DNA of 63,997 nt, counting the filler, from Malassezia furfur (taxonomy: Eukaryota), in the NCBI GenBank assembly GCA_052055015.1. It is 4 parts of 4 records of this genome, joined end to end, with 100 filler letters (N's around TTAATTAATTAA, not from the genome) between each part and the next. Parts side by side here need not be neighbours in the genome. Positions count along the whole stretch, not along the records: positions 16,298 to 32,251 come from JBQJIT010000255.1; positions 32,352 to 48,300 come from JBQJIT010000256.1; 2 more parts are not named here. One strand, 5' to 3'. Shown one piece after another: positions 22,713 to 34,536 of the stretch. The translations under genes and the position numbers were made by a program. Position 1 is the first letter of the stretch; every line of letters begins with the position of its first letter. The notes below the pieces were generated by a model, which made no database searches, was not told where the DNA came from, and saw only the letters and a list, made by a program, of their open reading frames with translations.

Positions 22713-24138
22713 ATGCCGTGGAGCGAGACTTCGCAGGGGCGCGATGCCGCATCGTGGGCTACGCTGGTCGTGTTGATCGCATGCCTGGACTGGGCCATGA
22801 AGGTCGTCCTGCTCGTGCGGCAGCGGCGTCTTAGCCGGTCCAAGGCCGTGCCCGTCGTACTCACGTCCACCGTTACCCCGGACGAGTTCCGGTTCAGTGC
22901 CCAGCGCTTCCAGCGCATCTTTGCAGCGCAACTGGGGCACGCCAACCTCGTGCTGAACACCATCGTGTGCTCTTTGCAGTTCAATCTTCTACCGATCGCA
23001 TGGAACTGGGCGGGGCTGCTGGTCCGCCCCGATCAGCCACAGGCCGCTTTCCAGCAGAGCCTCGTGTGGCTCGCGTTGCTCCAGCTTCTGCGCTCCGTCC
23101 CGCGCACGCTTATGTACATCGACGAGTGCTGGCGTGTTGGCTTGGCGAGGCGGCCGTCGCTCGCTGCCTTCTTCCTTGATCGCACGACCGTAGCGGCGAT
23201 CTTGGTGCTAGGCGCCGTGCGCATCGTTGGGGCGACGCGGCTGGGCACATGGCCGCTGCAGTCGGGTACAATTGCCATGGCCGATGCGGTCGCCGCATGC
23301 GTGATCCCGACCGTTGCCTTCTTTTTGAACGTGCCGCTTGTGCCCTTGACACAAACCCGCGCGCCAACCGAAGCACCGATCGCCACATCTTCCCTCGACA
23401 GCGACGAAAAGCACCCGGTGCATCCCACCGAGCTCGTTCAGCTGACCACAGACGAGGCCGAGGCGATCCGCATGTACGAGCGCGGCAGCAAGACATCGAT
23501 GCTCGCACAGCGCACCGTCTTCGTACTCAACCTCGTGTTTACGGTGCTGTTTGTGCAGCTGGTCAACCACAACCCGCTGTTTCTGCGTGCGTTTGGATTT
23601 GGCGCAGCGGAGCAGGGCACACCCGCCGTGATCGATGCGCCGCCGCTCGTGGTCGGCAGTGCGCTGGCGACGCTCCTCCTGCGGCCGCTGCTGGTGGCCG
23701 CGAGGCTGCAGCTCAACTTCCTGTCGCGGCGCGCTGTGTGCGCACAGGATCGGTACGTATAGACTCGCTGACCCTAGTCACTTTGCCGTACGGTGTGCGC
23801 AGATGGTGCTGGAGGACGAGGTGGTGAATGACTGGGTCGACTACGAGGCGTCGAGTTTCGCGACCGGTGCGGACCTGAAAGCGTGCTTGGAGAATGCTCT
23901 GCTCAAGCTGTACCTAGCAGACGACGCGCCGCTGTTTGCTGACCCACTGTACAATGCGTATTTCCTATCCTATCCCTCCTTGGCCGAGCGCTTTGCCGCG
24001 CTTGGGTCGGTCTCAGAAGAGACGGGGCCATCTCGTGAAGAGCCTGCACCGGTTCGCTTCAACAAGGCCGAATTCGATCCGTATTTCGATGAATCGAGTG
24101 GCGATGTAGCGGTACCGTCCCTGTTGCTGCAGGCATAG
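22713..24138 (+). CDS. Divergent tandem Ste24 paralogue lacking catalytic residues (predicted pseudoprotease)
   Basis: Collinear similarity to the upstream STE24 along its length; HELGH replaced by YERGS; 25-nt intron 23753-23777 at the same codon position as STE24 intron 2. Confidence 0.8.
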
Positions 24139-24358
24139 GGGTGGTCCGTGCGCGCGCTCCCTCCACCTGATTGTGTTGGGCTAAATAGTCCCAATTTGAC
24201 AGATTGTATATTTTGGATTGAATCATGGCCGGTAGCCAGCCCGAGATAACATGGCTATGTGCTTGTGCCGATGCCCATCGCAACAGGCTTATGTCATGCT
24301 AGCATGTCAGGCCGCGCGGATTGTACGGGGTCCGTTTCATTAAGTGGTGCTAATCCGG

Positions 24359-26885
24359 CTACTTCTTTTCTTGGCTCTTGCGATAGGCTGCGTTAGCAAG
24401 ACAAAAAAGGGGAAACATACCGCTCTGCATCTCCGCTTGAATGTTGGGCATGACAGGCTCATGCTTCTTGTACTCCATAGAAAACTCGCCCTTGCCCTGC
24501 GTGAGGCCGCGGACTGTGGTAAGTGGGGATGCACGTACGCTGACTCGAATAGCCAAACATGTCATTCAAGCTGACCTCGGCACGGATCGTAAACTCGTCT
24601 TCGCGGACCTCAGTGTCCTCAATGGTACCCTTACGCTGGTTGAGCGCGCCAATGACGGCACCCTGGAACTCGACGGGAGCCACCACCTCGACGGTCATCT
24701 TGGGCTCAAGGATCATGGGCTGCGCGTTGTTGAACGCTTCGCGGAAGGCCGCAACCGTGGCGATGCGGAATGCCAGTTCGGACGAGTCGACGCTGTGCGC
24801 CGCACCGTCCTCCAGCACGAAGCGGACACCGCACACGGGGTATCCCGCAAGTGAGCCCTTCTCCAGCGCGTCGTTGAAACCCTTTTCACACGCAGGGATG
24901 TAGCCCGAAGGAATATTGCCACCCACGACGCTGTTTTCAAACGCCGTGTCCTTGCCCGTCTCTTCATCCATCCGCATCGGCTCGATGTAGCCAATCACGC
25001 GACCGAACTGACCAGCACCACCCGTCTGCTTCTTGTGAGTGTAGTTGAACTTGGCAGGCTGGCCGATCGTCTCACGGAAGGCGACACGCGGCTTGCCCGT
25101 CTTGCACGGCACATTGTACTCGCGGCGCATACGCTCGACGTAGATCTCTAGATGCAGCTCGCCCATGCCCGAGATGATCGTCTCGCCAGACTCGCTGTCA
25201 ACGTGCACACGGAATGTCGGGTCCTCCTTCTGGAAGCGGTTCAGCGCACGCGAGAAGTTCTGCGAGCCGTCCTTGCCCTCAGGGGCGAGGGACAGCGAAA
25301 TGACCGGCTCCGGCACAAACATGGCCGACATGGACAGCGACGTGCTGCCATCCGTGAAGGTGTCTCCGGACGAGCACTCCACGCCGAACATGGCGCAGAT
25401 CTCACCGGGTCCGATTTCATTGACGTCCTCCATGTCGTTCGAGTGCATGCGGACCAGGCGTGGCACCTTGACCTTCTTGCCGGTACGCGAGTTGAAAATC
25501 ACACCACCACGGCGCAGCTGGCCCTGGTACACACGCATGTAGGTCAGCTGACCGAAGCGGCTCTCTTCCAGCTTGAACGCCAGACCCACCAGCGGCGCAT
25601 CGCTAGCGGGCACCAATTGCACCTCAGAGCCGGCCTGGGCGGAGGACACAATCTCGTCGTTTGCCTGGCCTTCCTCGGTGGCCTGCTGCGCAATCTGCTT
25701 GGCGCGGCGCGTGTCGTTGGCGATCGCAGGCGCTTCCATCGGATTCGGTAGGTAGGCGCACATACCGTCCAGCAGTGCCTGCACACCCTTGTTCTTGATG
25801 GCCGTCCCCATGAACACGGGCGAAAAGCGGCACGACACCGTCGCACGACGGACCGCCGCGGCCAGCTCGGCAATGGTGGGCTCGCGCTCCTCGATGAAGA
25901 TCTCGGCCATCTCGTCGTCCACGTCGGCGAGCTGCTCAATCAGCTCCGTGCGCTTTTCCTTCGCGAGCTCGAGCACCTCGGCAGGGATTTCGTCAGTCTC
26001 ACGCACAACGTTGCCTTTGGTGCCTTCGTTGTAGACGGCCTTCCAGCGCACCAGGTCGACGAGACCGTCGAGGCTCTCCTCGGACGCAATCGGCACCTGG
26101 AGCGCCGCGGCCGGCATGCGCAGCTTGGTGCGAATCTGCTCCACGACACGCCACGGGTTCGCACCAGCACGGTCCATCTTGTTAATGAAGCTCAGGCGCG
26201 GCACATTGTAGCGGCGCATCTGGCGATCCACCGTGATGGTCTGCGACTGCACACCCGAGACAGCACACAGCACCAATACGGCACCGTCCAGGACACGTAG
26301 CGCGCGCTCGACCTCGATAGTGAAGTCGACGTGACCGGGCGTGTCGATGATGTTGATGTGGAAGTCTTCCTTTTTGCTGGTCGACTCGGTCTCAATCGCT
26401 GCATCACCAGTGACGTTGCTCGTCTCCGTCGGAGGCGTCGCCTTCCAGTTGCAGTAAGTGGCCGCCGACTGGATGGTAATACCCTTTTCACGCTCGAGGT
26501 CCATACTATCCATCTTGGCACCGACTTCGTCGCGACCACGCACTTCGTGGATGTCTTTGATGCGGCCCGTGTAGTACAGAACACGCTCCGTCAGCGTGGT
26601 CTTGCCGCTGTCGATGTGCGCACTGATACCCACGTTACGTTGGCGTAGTAGCCGCGCAATGTCAGCCTCGCTCACGACGGGCGTCACATTGCCCGTCGCA
26701 CTGTCCGCCTCGGTCGCGAGCGAGCGAGCGTGGCATGCACCCATCCAGGCGCACGCGCGCGCGCTGCGCACGACAGGGCGACGCGTGGCAAACGTCGAAC
26801 TAGCGCGTGCCACCTGGGCGATGGGCGCACTCAGACGACGCGTCGGCACAGCAGACCGCAGTCCGCGCACTGCTCGCAGGGCCAT
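24359..26885 (-). CDS. MEF1: Mitochondrial elongation factor G1
   Basis: [45 protein letters not shown]; presequence from ATG 26885; two short introns near the 3' end. Confidence 0.96.
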
Positions 26886-26974
26886 TTTGTCGGAAGGTAA
26901 GTAAGGCACAAGGCCGCGAAGAATTAAAAATAATTCCAAATCTCATGCAGGTTCGCCAAAAAGCCAAAAGAAAG

Positions 26975-27083
26975 CGACAAGAACAGGATTCGAACCTGTG
27001 CGGGCAGAGCCCATACGCTAACCACCGGAACCGGTGTCGAACTGAATTCGAGGCGTACCCGTTAACCGCTCCGGCACCTTGTC
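26975..27083 (-). tRNA. tRNA-Ser(CGA) with about 27-nt intron
   Basis: Acceptor GACAAGG/TCTTGTC, anticodon stem TACGC/GCGTA around CGA, long variable arm GGGCTCTGCCC, GGTTCGAATCC T-arm, downstream T-runs. Confidence 0.92.
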
Positions 27084-27172
27084 TTGTGTTGTAACGATCT
27101 TGCATTTGTCGATACATATCCCTATTTTGTCACCTGGTCACCGGTAGAGCGTGCCTGGGCGGAGGCACTGGT

Positions 27173-28217
27173 ATGCTCGAAACCTCGGACGACGCGCTCG
27201 TGCGCCTCGTGAAGCTCACATCCGATGTGCTTCCGTCTGCCAAGCAAGTGGCTCTAGTAGACGGGCGCCATGAAGGCATCTCTGTGGTACGTGTTTCGCT
27301 CATGCAAGGGACGTGATCGCTCATATACCCCACGTCTCCGCCTGCCGTCCATGGAAGTCAGCAAACACCACGCGCGCATTTTCGCCATCTATCGCAAGAA
27401 ACAGTTTGATCTGCCGCCAAATGTGTCGTTAACGGATACCGGATCCACGCACGGGACGTTTGTCTACCGCCCCGACACACCGAACCCGACACCGATGTCC
27501 CGCAGCCGCGTGCAGCAGATCCCAGAGGAGCTATTTTTGCGGCTCTCGCCTGAGAAGCACGCGAGTCGTCCCTTCGATCTGCAGCATCTGGATGTGATCC
27601 GTTTTGGGGTACAGAGCAACGTATTCGAAGTGCATATGCACGGCAATGCGTGGGCGAGCTGCTCTGCGTGCCAGCTGTCCCCCGACGGTGCGAACGAAAT
27701 TTCGCTCGCGCCACAGGCACGTACCACCGCGCAGGATGCGTCGAAGAAAGTTCCGGCAGGCGCGCAGCAGGCACGCAAGACGCAAAGCGAGAAGCGCAAG
27801 GCGCACCACGAGACGAAGCAGCACCTGCGCGAACTCAAGAAGGTGTATCTGAAGCCTGTTGCGCGTGGTCCTGCGTCTGTGGATGAGCGGCCGCTGTACC
27901 GTGATCGTGCCTCGGCGCGCCGCGATTTGCACCCCGATGCACCGCCCCCCGTGCCCCGCATCGGCCCATCGGAGCTGCGGACGGAGCCGCTGGTCTCGGC
28001 AGAACCAGCGCCGCTCGATGCCTCCAACGTCGGCTACCAGCTGCTGGCTAAAATGGCAGAGGGTGCCGAGCATATACCCCAGCAAGACCCCATCGCCCCC
28101 CGTGTGGGAGCCCAGCGTGCCGGGCTGGGCAGCGGCGCCCTGGTCGAGCCGACCGAGCGCCTTTCGTACCAAGCGCACGCCAAGGCGAGCACACAGCAGC
28201 GTTACAATGCATTGTAG
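27173..28217 (+). CDS. FHA + G-patch domain protein (AGGF1-like)
   Basis: After a 22-nt intron (27287-27308): ISVGRDR...EVSKHHA...DTGSTHGTF (FHA); YRDRASARR; NVGYQLLAKM...RAGLG (G-patch-like). Confidence 0.75.
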
Positions 28218-29364
28218 CTAGATGACAAATACCTGTGTACGACGCAAGCCGCCTGTCGGTCCCGCCGTCCTGCGCCCCGTCTCGAGCAAACGGCGGTCGC
28301 GTTGCAGCTGCGCAAACGCCTCGCGAATGTGCCAGGCCTCGAGCGGCGGCTCGGCGCTAGGGGGCAGGCTGAACAAGGTGCATGCGGCCTCTTCGGGATT
28401 CTCATCCGCGGCGCCCTCGTCCTTAGCATCGGTATGCTCAAACGTGCGCTGGGTACGTGCCTGCACCCCCTGCGCACGTTCCTCCCATTCGCGCTTGATA
28501 CGCATCGCCGAGGTGCACAGTTCGTGGACCACCTCGAATGCGAGGAACCCCAGAATATCGATCGTGTCATCGCTCGGCTTGACATCCAGGTAGTGACTCG
28601 AGTGAATAAACTCGCGGAAGCGTTTCGCTGGGTAAGCTAAGTCACGTACCCTTGCGGAACGTGAACGATGCCTGCCGACATTCAGAGTAGAAGACGTACT
28701 CCTCGCGCGTCATGCGCCGCGTGGTCTCGTCGGCAGCCTTGAGGCGGCGTAGGCTGTCTTCGTTGGTCTCAATGGTATCTTCGTCCTCGTCTTCGGCCTC
28801 GTCGCCCATTCCTGGGTTCGCAACGAGCGGGTATTCAAAAAACAGGGCAGAAAGCTCCCAGGGGAGCTTGAGTTTGCGCTTGTTGGTGCGGAGGGGCCCG
28901 TCGACGGCGGTGTCCTCGATGCCCTCTCCCGCACCTCCCCCCGCGGCGGGCCCGGCACCGCCATCACCGCCCGAGTCTTTGGCGTTCTTGCGCACATCCT
29001 TCCAGCTCAGGTACGTGCGCAGCCGATTGACCTTGGCGCGATCGTACCGGATCAAGAAAATCAGGTCCTCTGGCATGAGGTATTTGGAGGAGCGCCGCAT
29101 CGCGAGCCAGCGCGACTGAATGATCTGCGTCAGCGGTGGGTGCACGCACCATCTCGATCACCTGGTTGCGCACGATGTCTTCGATCAGTCGGGTGACTTG
29201 TGGGTCCGGATTCTCGACCTCCGTCGAGACAAACATCTGGGTGAGCACGCAGGGCGTACCATCTGTGCAATCTCCTGCTGATACTTGTATCCTGTCCCGC
29301 CATCGATCGCCTCGGCGGGCCCGGCCGCGCGCGCGCCGGCGTCGATCGCCTCGGCGCCCTCCAT
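28218..29364 (-). CDS. SPT3: SAGA complex subunit Spt3
   Basis: YQQEIAQMMFV, EDLIFLIRYDRAKVNRLRTYLSWKDVRK, YSECRQASFTFRKAKRFREF, DILGFLAFE; introns of 23, 25 and 22 nt. Confidence 0.93.
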
Positions 29365-29413
29365 GGCCGTTGCACTAAGACACCTCCACTCTTCCCCGCG
29401 CGGTCCAAGCGGG

Positions 29414-30999
29414 ATGGCATCCGAGACGATGGAGGCGGCAAACGTAGGTGCGCCGAACGACCCCAGCGTGGTGCTTGCGCGTGAGCCCGCATGGGCGTCA
29501 CCACCGTCTTATTTCCCACAATTCCACGAGAGCGGTGATGAGGTGCGTGGACGACACTCACGCAGTATACCCGTCTGTACGGTAGGTGCAGCCACTGATG
29601 CAGCCGAGCTCGCCAGCCTGGGCGACGTGCCCGCACAGCAGGAGACAAACAAACGTGCACTATGGAAAGTCTCGGGCTCCATTGAGACGTCGTCCGCCGT
29701 GCTGAGGCGTGCACAAGATGCTGCGTGCGTTGCCTCCACTGACGCAGGACGAAGCGGCAAGCCGCGTTGGACAAAGCGACCCGGACCGTGCTCGCGCGCC
29801 TCGCGCCTGCGCTCCAGCGGCGCTCGCAGCGCATGCAGGCCCTCGAGGCCGAGCGAATGGCTGCAGTGCAGGCGCGCGATGCGGCGCAGGCCAAGGCAGA
29901 CGCCGACGTCGCGCGCCAGGCGGAGCTGGAGCGCACGCGCGACGCGCTTGTGGGCGCGCGTGTGCGCTATGATACACTGCGTACGCAGCTGCAGACGCTT
30001 GGCGCGCGCCTCTTCCCGCCCGAGACGGTGAGTGTGTTTCCGGTGCTGGAGACGCTGCAGTGGGAGGGCGAGGTGCAGACGGCCTTGTACCGGCTGATCC
30101 CCACCGAGATCGACCGCGAGCGGCGCGCGCGCCAGGCGCTCAAGCTCGCAGACAAGCACCTCCAAGAATGCTTCAAGCTCATTCGCACGATCCTGCAGCT
30201 CGGCATGAAGATGGGTGTGCCACAGAACAACAAGCACCACCAGCAGCTCTTTTCTGGTTCGGCGCTGGCGTACGCCAATCAGAGCATGCCGCACCTGCTG
30301 AGCTGCAAATCGAGTCTCGGCGAGTTTCATACATGCATTGCGCGGGCACGCATACGCCAAAAGATGGTGCATCGCGCGCCGACGTTTGAACTGGTGGACC
30401 TCTCGAAGCTGCCCGGGCGACGCCGCGCCGGCACGATGGACGAGATGACTATGTACGCAAAAATGGAGACGTCGTACGCGCAGTGCCAGTTCTGCCGCAC
30501 CTATATCACCAAAGAGATCCGCACGTCGCTCGCGCGCGAAAAAGCGATGCAGGAGCGGCTGGGCACGATGGGTGCGGCTATCGAAGCGGCGGCCGTCGAC
30601 GTGCGCGCGGCGCAAAATACCATTCTGACCAGCTATACACGAGGCCTTCCTGAGACGCACGCTGCACTTGAAAAGCAGTTTGGTGAGCGCGTGGCGGCGA
30701 TCCGATCGAGCATGCACACGGCGCTCGCGCGCGATGCGGCCGACGCCGAGGCGGAGGCCAAGGCCGAGGAGGCGCACGAGACGGACGCCGGATCGACGCG
30801 CGCGTCGACGCTCCCGCCGTATGGAACGAGCGAGGTAGTGAGCGTGCTGACCCATGCGCCTGTGCCGGGCATGTCGCCGCAGCTGTACGCGACGACGCGT
30901 GCGCTGCTGCACGCGCTGCTCGCCGAGATCGACGCCCAGACGCGTGTGGAGGACACCGAGGAGGACCTGCCGTGGCACCCCGGCGCGCTCGGTTGGTAA
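29414..30999 (+). CDS. Hypothetical helical/coiled-coil protein
   Basis: ORFs joined by introns 29543-29565, 29582-29603 and 29725-29747; no family recognised. Confidence 0.65.
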
Positions 31000-31063
31000 G
31001 CCTCCACTGGCCTCGCACGTGGAACGGCGTGCGACGGTGCGCCGAGGCCTTCGCGGACGCACG

Positions 31064-32251
31064 ATGGCCTGGCTGCACCGGATCCGGTCGTCGCCGGCGT
31101 ACCTGTACATCAAGTGCTACTTGATCTGTACGCTTGTGACGCTGTTTGCGGCGCGCCCCATCTCGTCGCGGCTACGACCGGGTGGACACTGGGTGTGGTA
31201 TGAGTCGACCGAGGGCGGGCACGGCGCGACGTCGTGGGGCCGGATGCAGGCGATGCTTGCCAATGCGACGCGGCGAGGCGACGGAACGGGGGAGACCGGG
31301 GCAGCAACGACGTCGATGGAGGCCGAGCCCGAGACGCCATCTATGGCGTGGTGGCAGGAGCGGCGCTTCCCGTATCTCTTCCCACCCCCCCAGCTGCCGC
31401 TCAATCTGCCGCCGCCGCCGCGGCTCACGGCGCTTCCGCGACTGCAGCGGTGGCGATGGCGCTGGTCGGATCTATCGCAGCTCGCTGCGCAGGTCGATCA
31501 CGACGCGCAGGACACGGCGACCTATCCCGAGCTCGCGTGGGACGCCAAGGTGCGGTGTTCGCCGGAGCTGCACGACGACGAGGTCGCGTTCATCGCGCAG
31601 CGCCGGCGGCGCATCTCGTCTGAGGGCAACAATGCGCTCGCGCACTTTTTGCAGCTGCCCGAGGGCACGTACGTGCACCCCGACGACGTGCCGCTCATTG
31701 CGATTGGCGGCTCGGGCGGCGGCTACCGCGCGATGTATGCGTACGCGGGATTTATCAAGGAGGCCGAGAACACGGGCCTGTGGCAGTGCACGACGTGGGC
31801 GTCGGGCGTGAGCGGGAGCTGCTGGACGATTGCGTCGCTGTATACGATTGCCTCGTGCTCGACGGACGTGCTGATTGCGCACCTGCTCGCCATGGCGCAT
31901 GAGGAGGCGCATCCGATGAGCGTGCAGGCGATGGACCGCGTTGCGCGCAGCCAGAACGGCATCTACTACCTGCTGGGCCCGCTGCTGCGCAAGTCGCGCG
32001 GGCGCAGCGTGTCGTGCCGCCTGATGGACTTCTACGCGACGCTCGTGCTCTCCTACCAGTATTTGCCGCGGCCGCTCGCGGTGTTTGGCACGGACTGCTC
32101 CTACCACGGCCCCGACACGGCGCGCGCATCGACGCCCGTCCGCGAGAGCATGGAGCAAGGCGAGTATGTGCCGAGCGAGGGGATGCGCCGCACCTCGTTC
32201 CAGTGGTCCAAGGTGTGGCACCGCGCCAAGCTCCACGAGGCCGCCGCGCCG
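31064..32251 (+). CDS. Cytosolic phospholipase A2/lysophospholipase family, truncated by gap
   Basis: VPLIAIGGSGGGYRAM and GVSGSCW catalytic motifs. Confidence 0.88.
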
Positions 32252-32351
32252 NNNNNNNNNNNNNNNNNNNNNNNNNNNNNNNNNNNNNNNNNNNNTTAAT
32301 TAATTAANNNNNNNNNNNNNNNNNNNNNNNNNNNNNNNNNNNNNNNNNNNN
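32252..32351. other. Artificial contig-join spacer
   Basis: N44-TTAATTAATTAA-N44. Confidence 0.98.
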
Positions 32352-34291
32352 GGCGGGGCGTGTGCGAGGCACTCGGCCGCGTCGGGCAGCGGCGCCTGCA
32401 GCGGGTCGCACGACGTTGCCTGCGCAATCCACGCGCGCGCCGCGTCGAGCGCCAGCTGCGCGGCGTCGTCGGATGCCACCGTGAGCGTCGCGTGCCGCGC
32501 GAGGTGCGCCGCCAGCGCCGCAAACGCGCCAAACGCGCGGTGCGCGAGCAGCTGCGCAAGCAGCCAGGCGGGCGTCTCCACCGGCAGCGGGCGCCATGCA
32601 TCCACGTGGCGGCGCGCCACAAACGGCGCGACGTCGTCGACGAGCGCGACGAGCGCCGCGTCGCTGCCGCGCGCAGCGCGCCAGAGCGCGGCGCACAGCG
32701 TCTTGGTGCGCGCCTCGTCGAGGCCGACATAGAAGCGTACGGGATGCGCGAGTGTGTGCCGCAGCAGCACGCGGCCCAGGTCCACGCACACGCCGACCTG
32801 GCCGAGCGCCGCGTCGACCGCGTCGTCGGACGCGACCGAGAGCTGCGCGAGGCGCGCGCGCGGCGACGCATCGGCCGCGTGGCCCACGACCGCGACGAGC
32901 GGCTCGGCACGGGCATGGTGCGCCGCGCTGCTGAGCGAAGCGAGCGAATGCAGCGCGACGTACGCCGCATCGTCCGTCTCGTCGCACGTCGTGAGCATCG
33001 CCAGCGCGAGCCGCCGGCGCACCGCCGCGTCGTCCATCCACGTGAGCACGATCTGCGCCGCGATCGCGAGGCTGCGCTCGGTGCGCAGCGCAAGCACGAG
33101 CAGCGCGAGCTCGGCCTCGGCGTCGCTCGCCGAGGCGCCACGGAACGCGCCAGGGTCGGCGTACGTGCCTTTTTGCAGGAAGGGCAGGACGTGCTCCTGC
33201 AGCATCGTCACCACCTCGCCAACGCTCTGTGGCTGCGCCACGACGCTCTGCACGATCGTGCGTGCGTCGGCGTCGTGCAGCGTCGCGCGCGACCACTGCG
33301 CGCCGTACGACAGTGTGTAGGAGAGGAGGCGCAAGAAGCGCAGCTCGTGCGCAACGGCACGCAGCGGCACGAGACTCAGGCGCACGCCCGCCTCGGCTAG
33401 CGCGCACGCGGGGTCCACGAGCCCGAGCTCGGCTTCGAGCTCGTTGATCACGTCGAGGTACCATGCCGAGAGCGCCGAGGGCGGCGTCGGCGGCGGGCCG
33501 AGCGGCGCGACGTACCCCTGCACCACGAGGCGCGCGACCACCGCGGGATGCTCGACCCACAGCGCGGCCGCCGTCGCCGGCGTCGTCGCCTTGGCGGCCA
33601 GCTCAATCCACGCGCCGCTCTCGCTGTCCTCCACTGGCATTTTCGTGCCGGGCAGGAGGCGCAGGCGCAGCAGCTCGTCGGCAGGCACGCCACCGGCGGT
33701 GATCAGCGCATGCAGCAGCACAAAGCGGTACGGAAATAGCGCACGCGCCACGGCGACGTGTGCGCCCAGCAGCGCGCGCAGCTCGACGGCGCGGCCGGCC
33801 AAGCACAGCGTCTGGGCATGCGTAAGCAGCGGCTGCTCGGCGAGTGCCACGATATCGCCCTCGAGCGGCGCGTCACTCGCGAGCGGGATGCGCAGTAGCC
33901 ACTGCATGAGCCACAGCTTCCGGCGCAGAAGCAGCTGCGGCCACCGTGCAGCACCGCCGGCGTCGAGGTAGGCATCGAGCGCGTCACGATCGAGCGCGTC
34001 CTGGATCTCGGCATCGATGGGTGCGGTGCGTGCTGCGGCAATCGACAGGACGTGCGCGACATCGGCCGCGGTCCACGTCGTGCCGGCCGCGTGCACAGCC
34101 GCGACACACGCCGCGGCGACCCACCATGGGTCGTCGATGGCCTCGAGCGACGCGGCGACCTGCGCCGCGGGCGCGGGCAGCGCACTCAGCAGCGCGCGCC
34201 GCGCGTCCTCGGACGGCGCGTCCATCGCCAATGCGTCGCGGTCCGTGCCCCGCGCTGGATCACGCGGCGGACTCGCAGCAGCGTCGCTCAT
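32352..34291 (-). CDS. SEC39: Sec39/NBAS-like ER tethering protein, 3' truncated by gap
   Basis: LFPYRFVLL and AWYLDVINELEAELGLVDPACALAEAG resemble the Sec39 domain; long helical ORF. Confidence 0.65.
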
Positions 34292-34536
34292 CGCTGCGGG
34301 GCCAGGCGCCGTATGCACAGCGCGCACGTGGACGAACACGCACGCGGCATTGCATGCCGGCCTGTGCGCACGTGCACACGCACCGTGCACGAGCCACGCA
34401 CCAGGGACGGCACGAGGCCCCACGAACACGCGGGCGGGGTGGCTTGTCTGTGCCGGCACCGCTGTGCTTTGTGCCACGAGCTTCCTTTCTCTTTGTACTG
34501 CACCGCTGTGGTGTGTCTCCCGCGTGTTCCCCTGTG

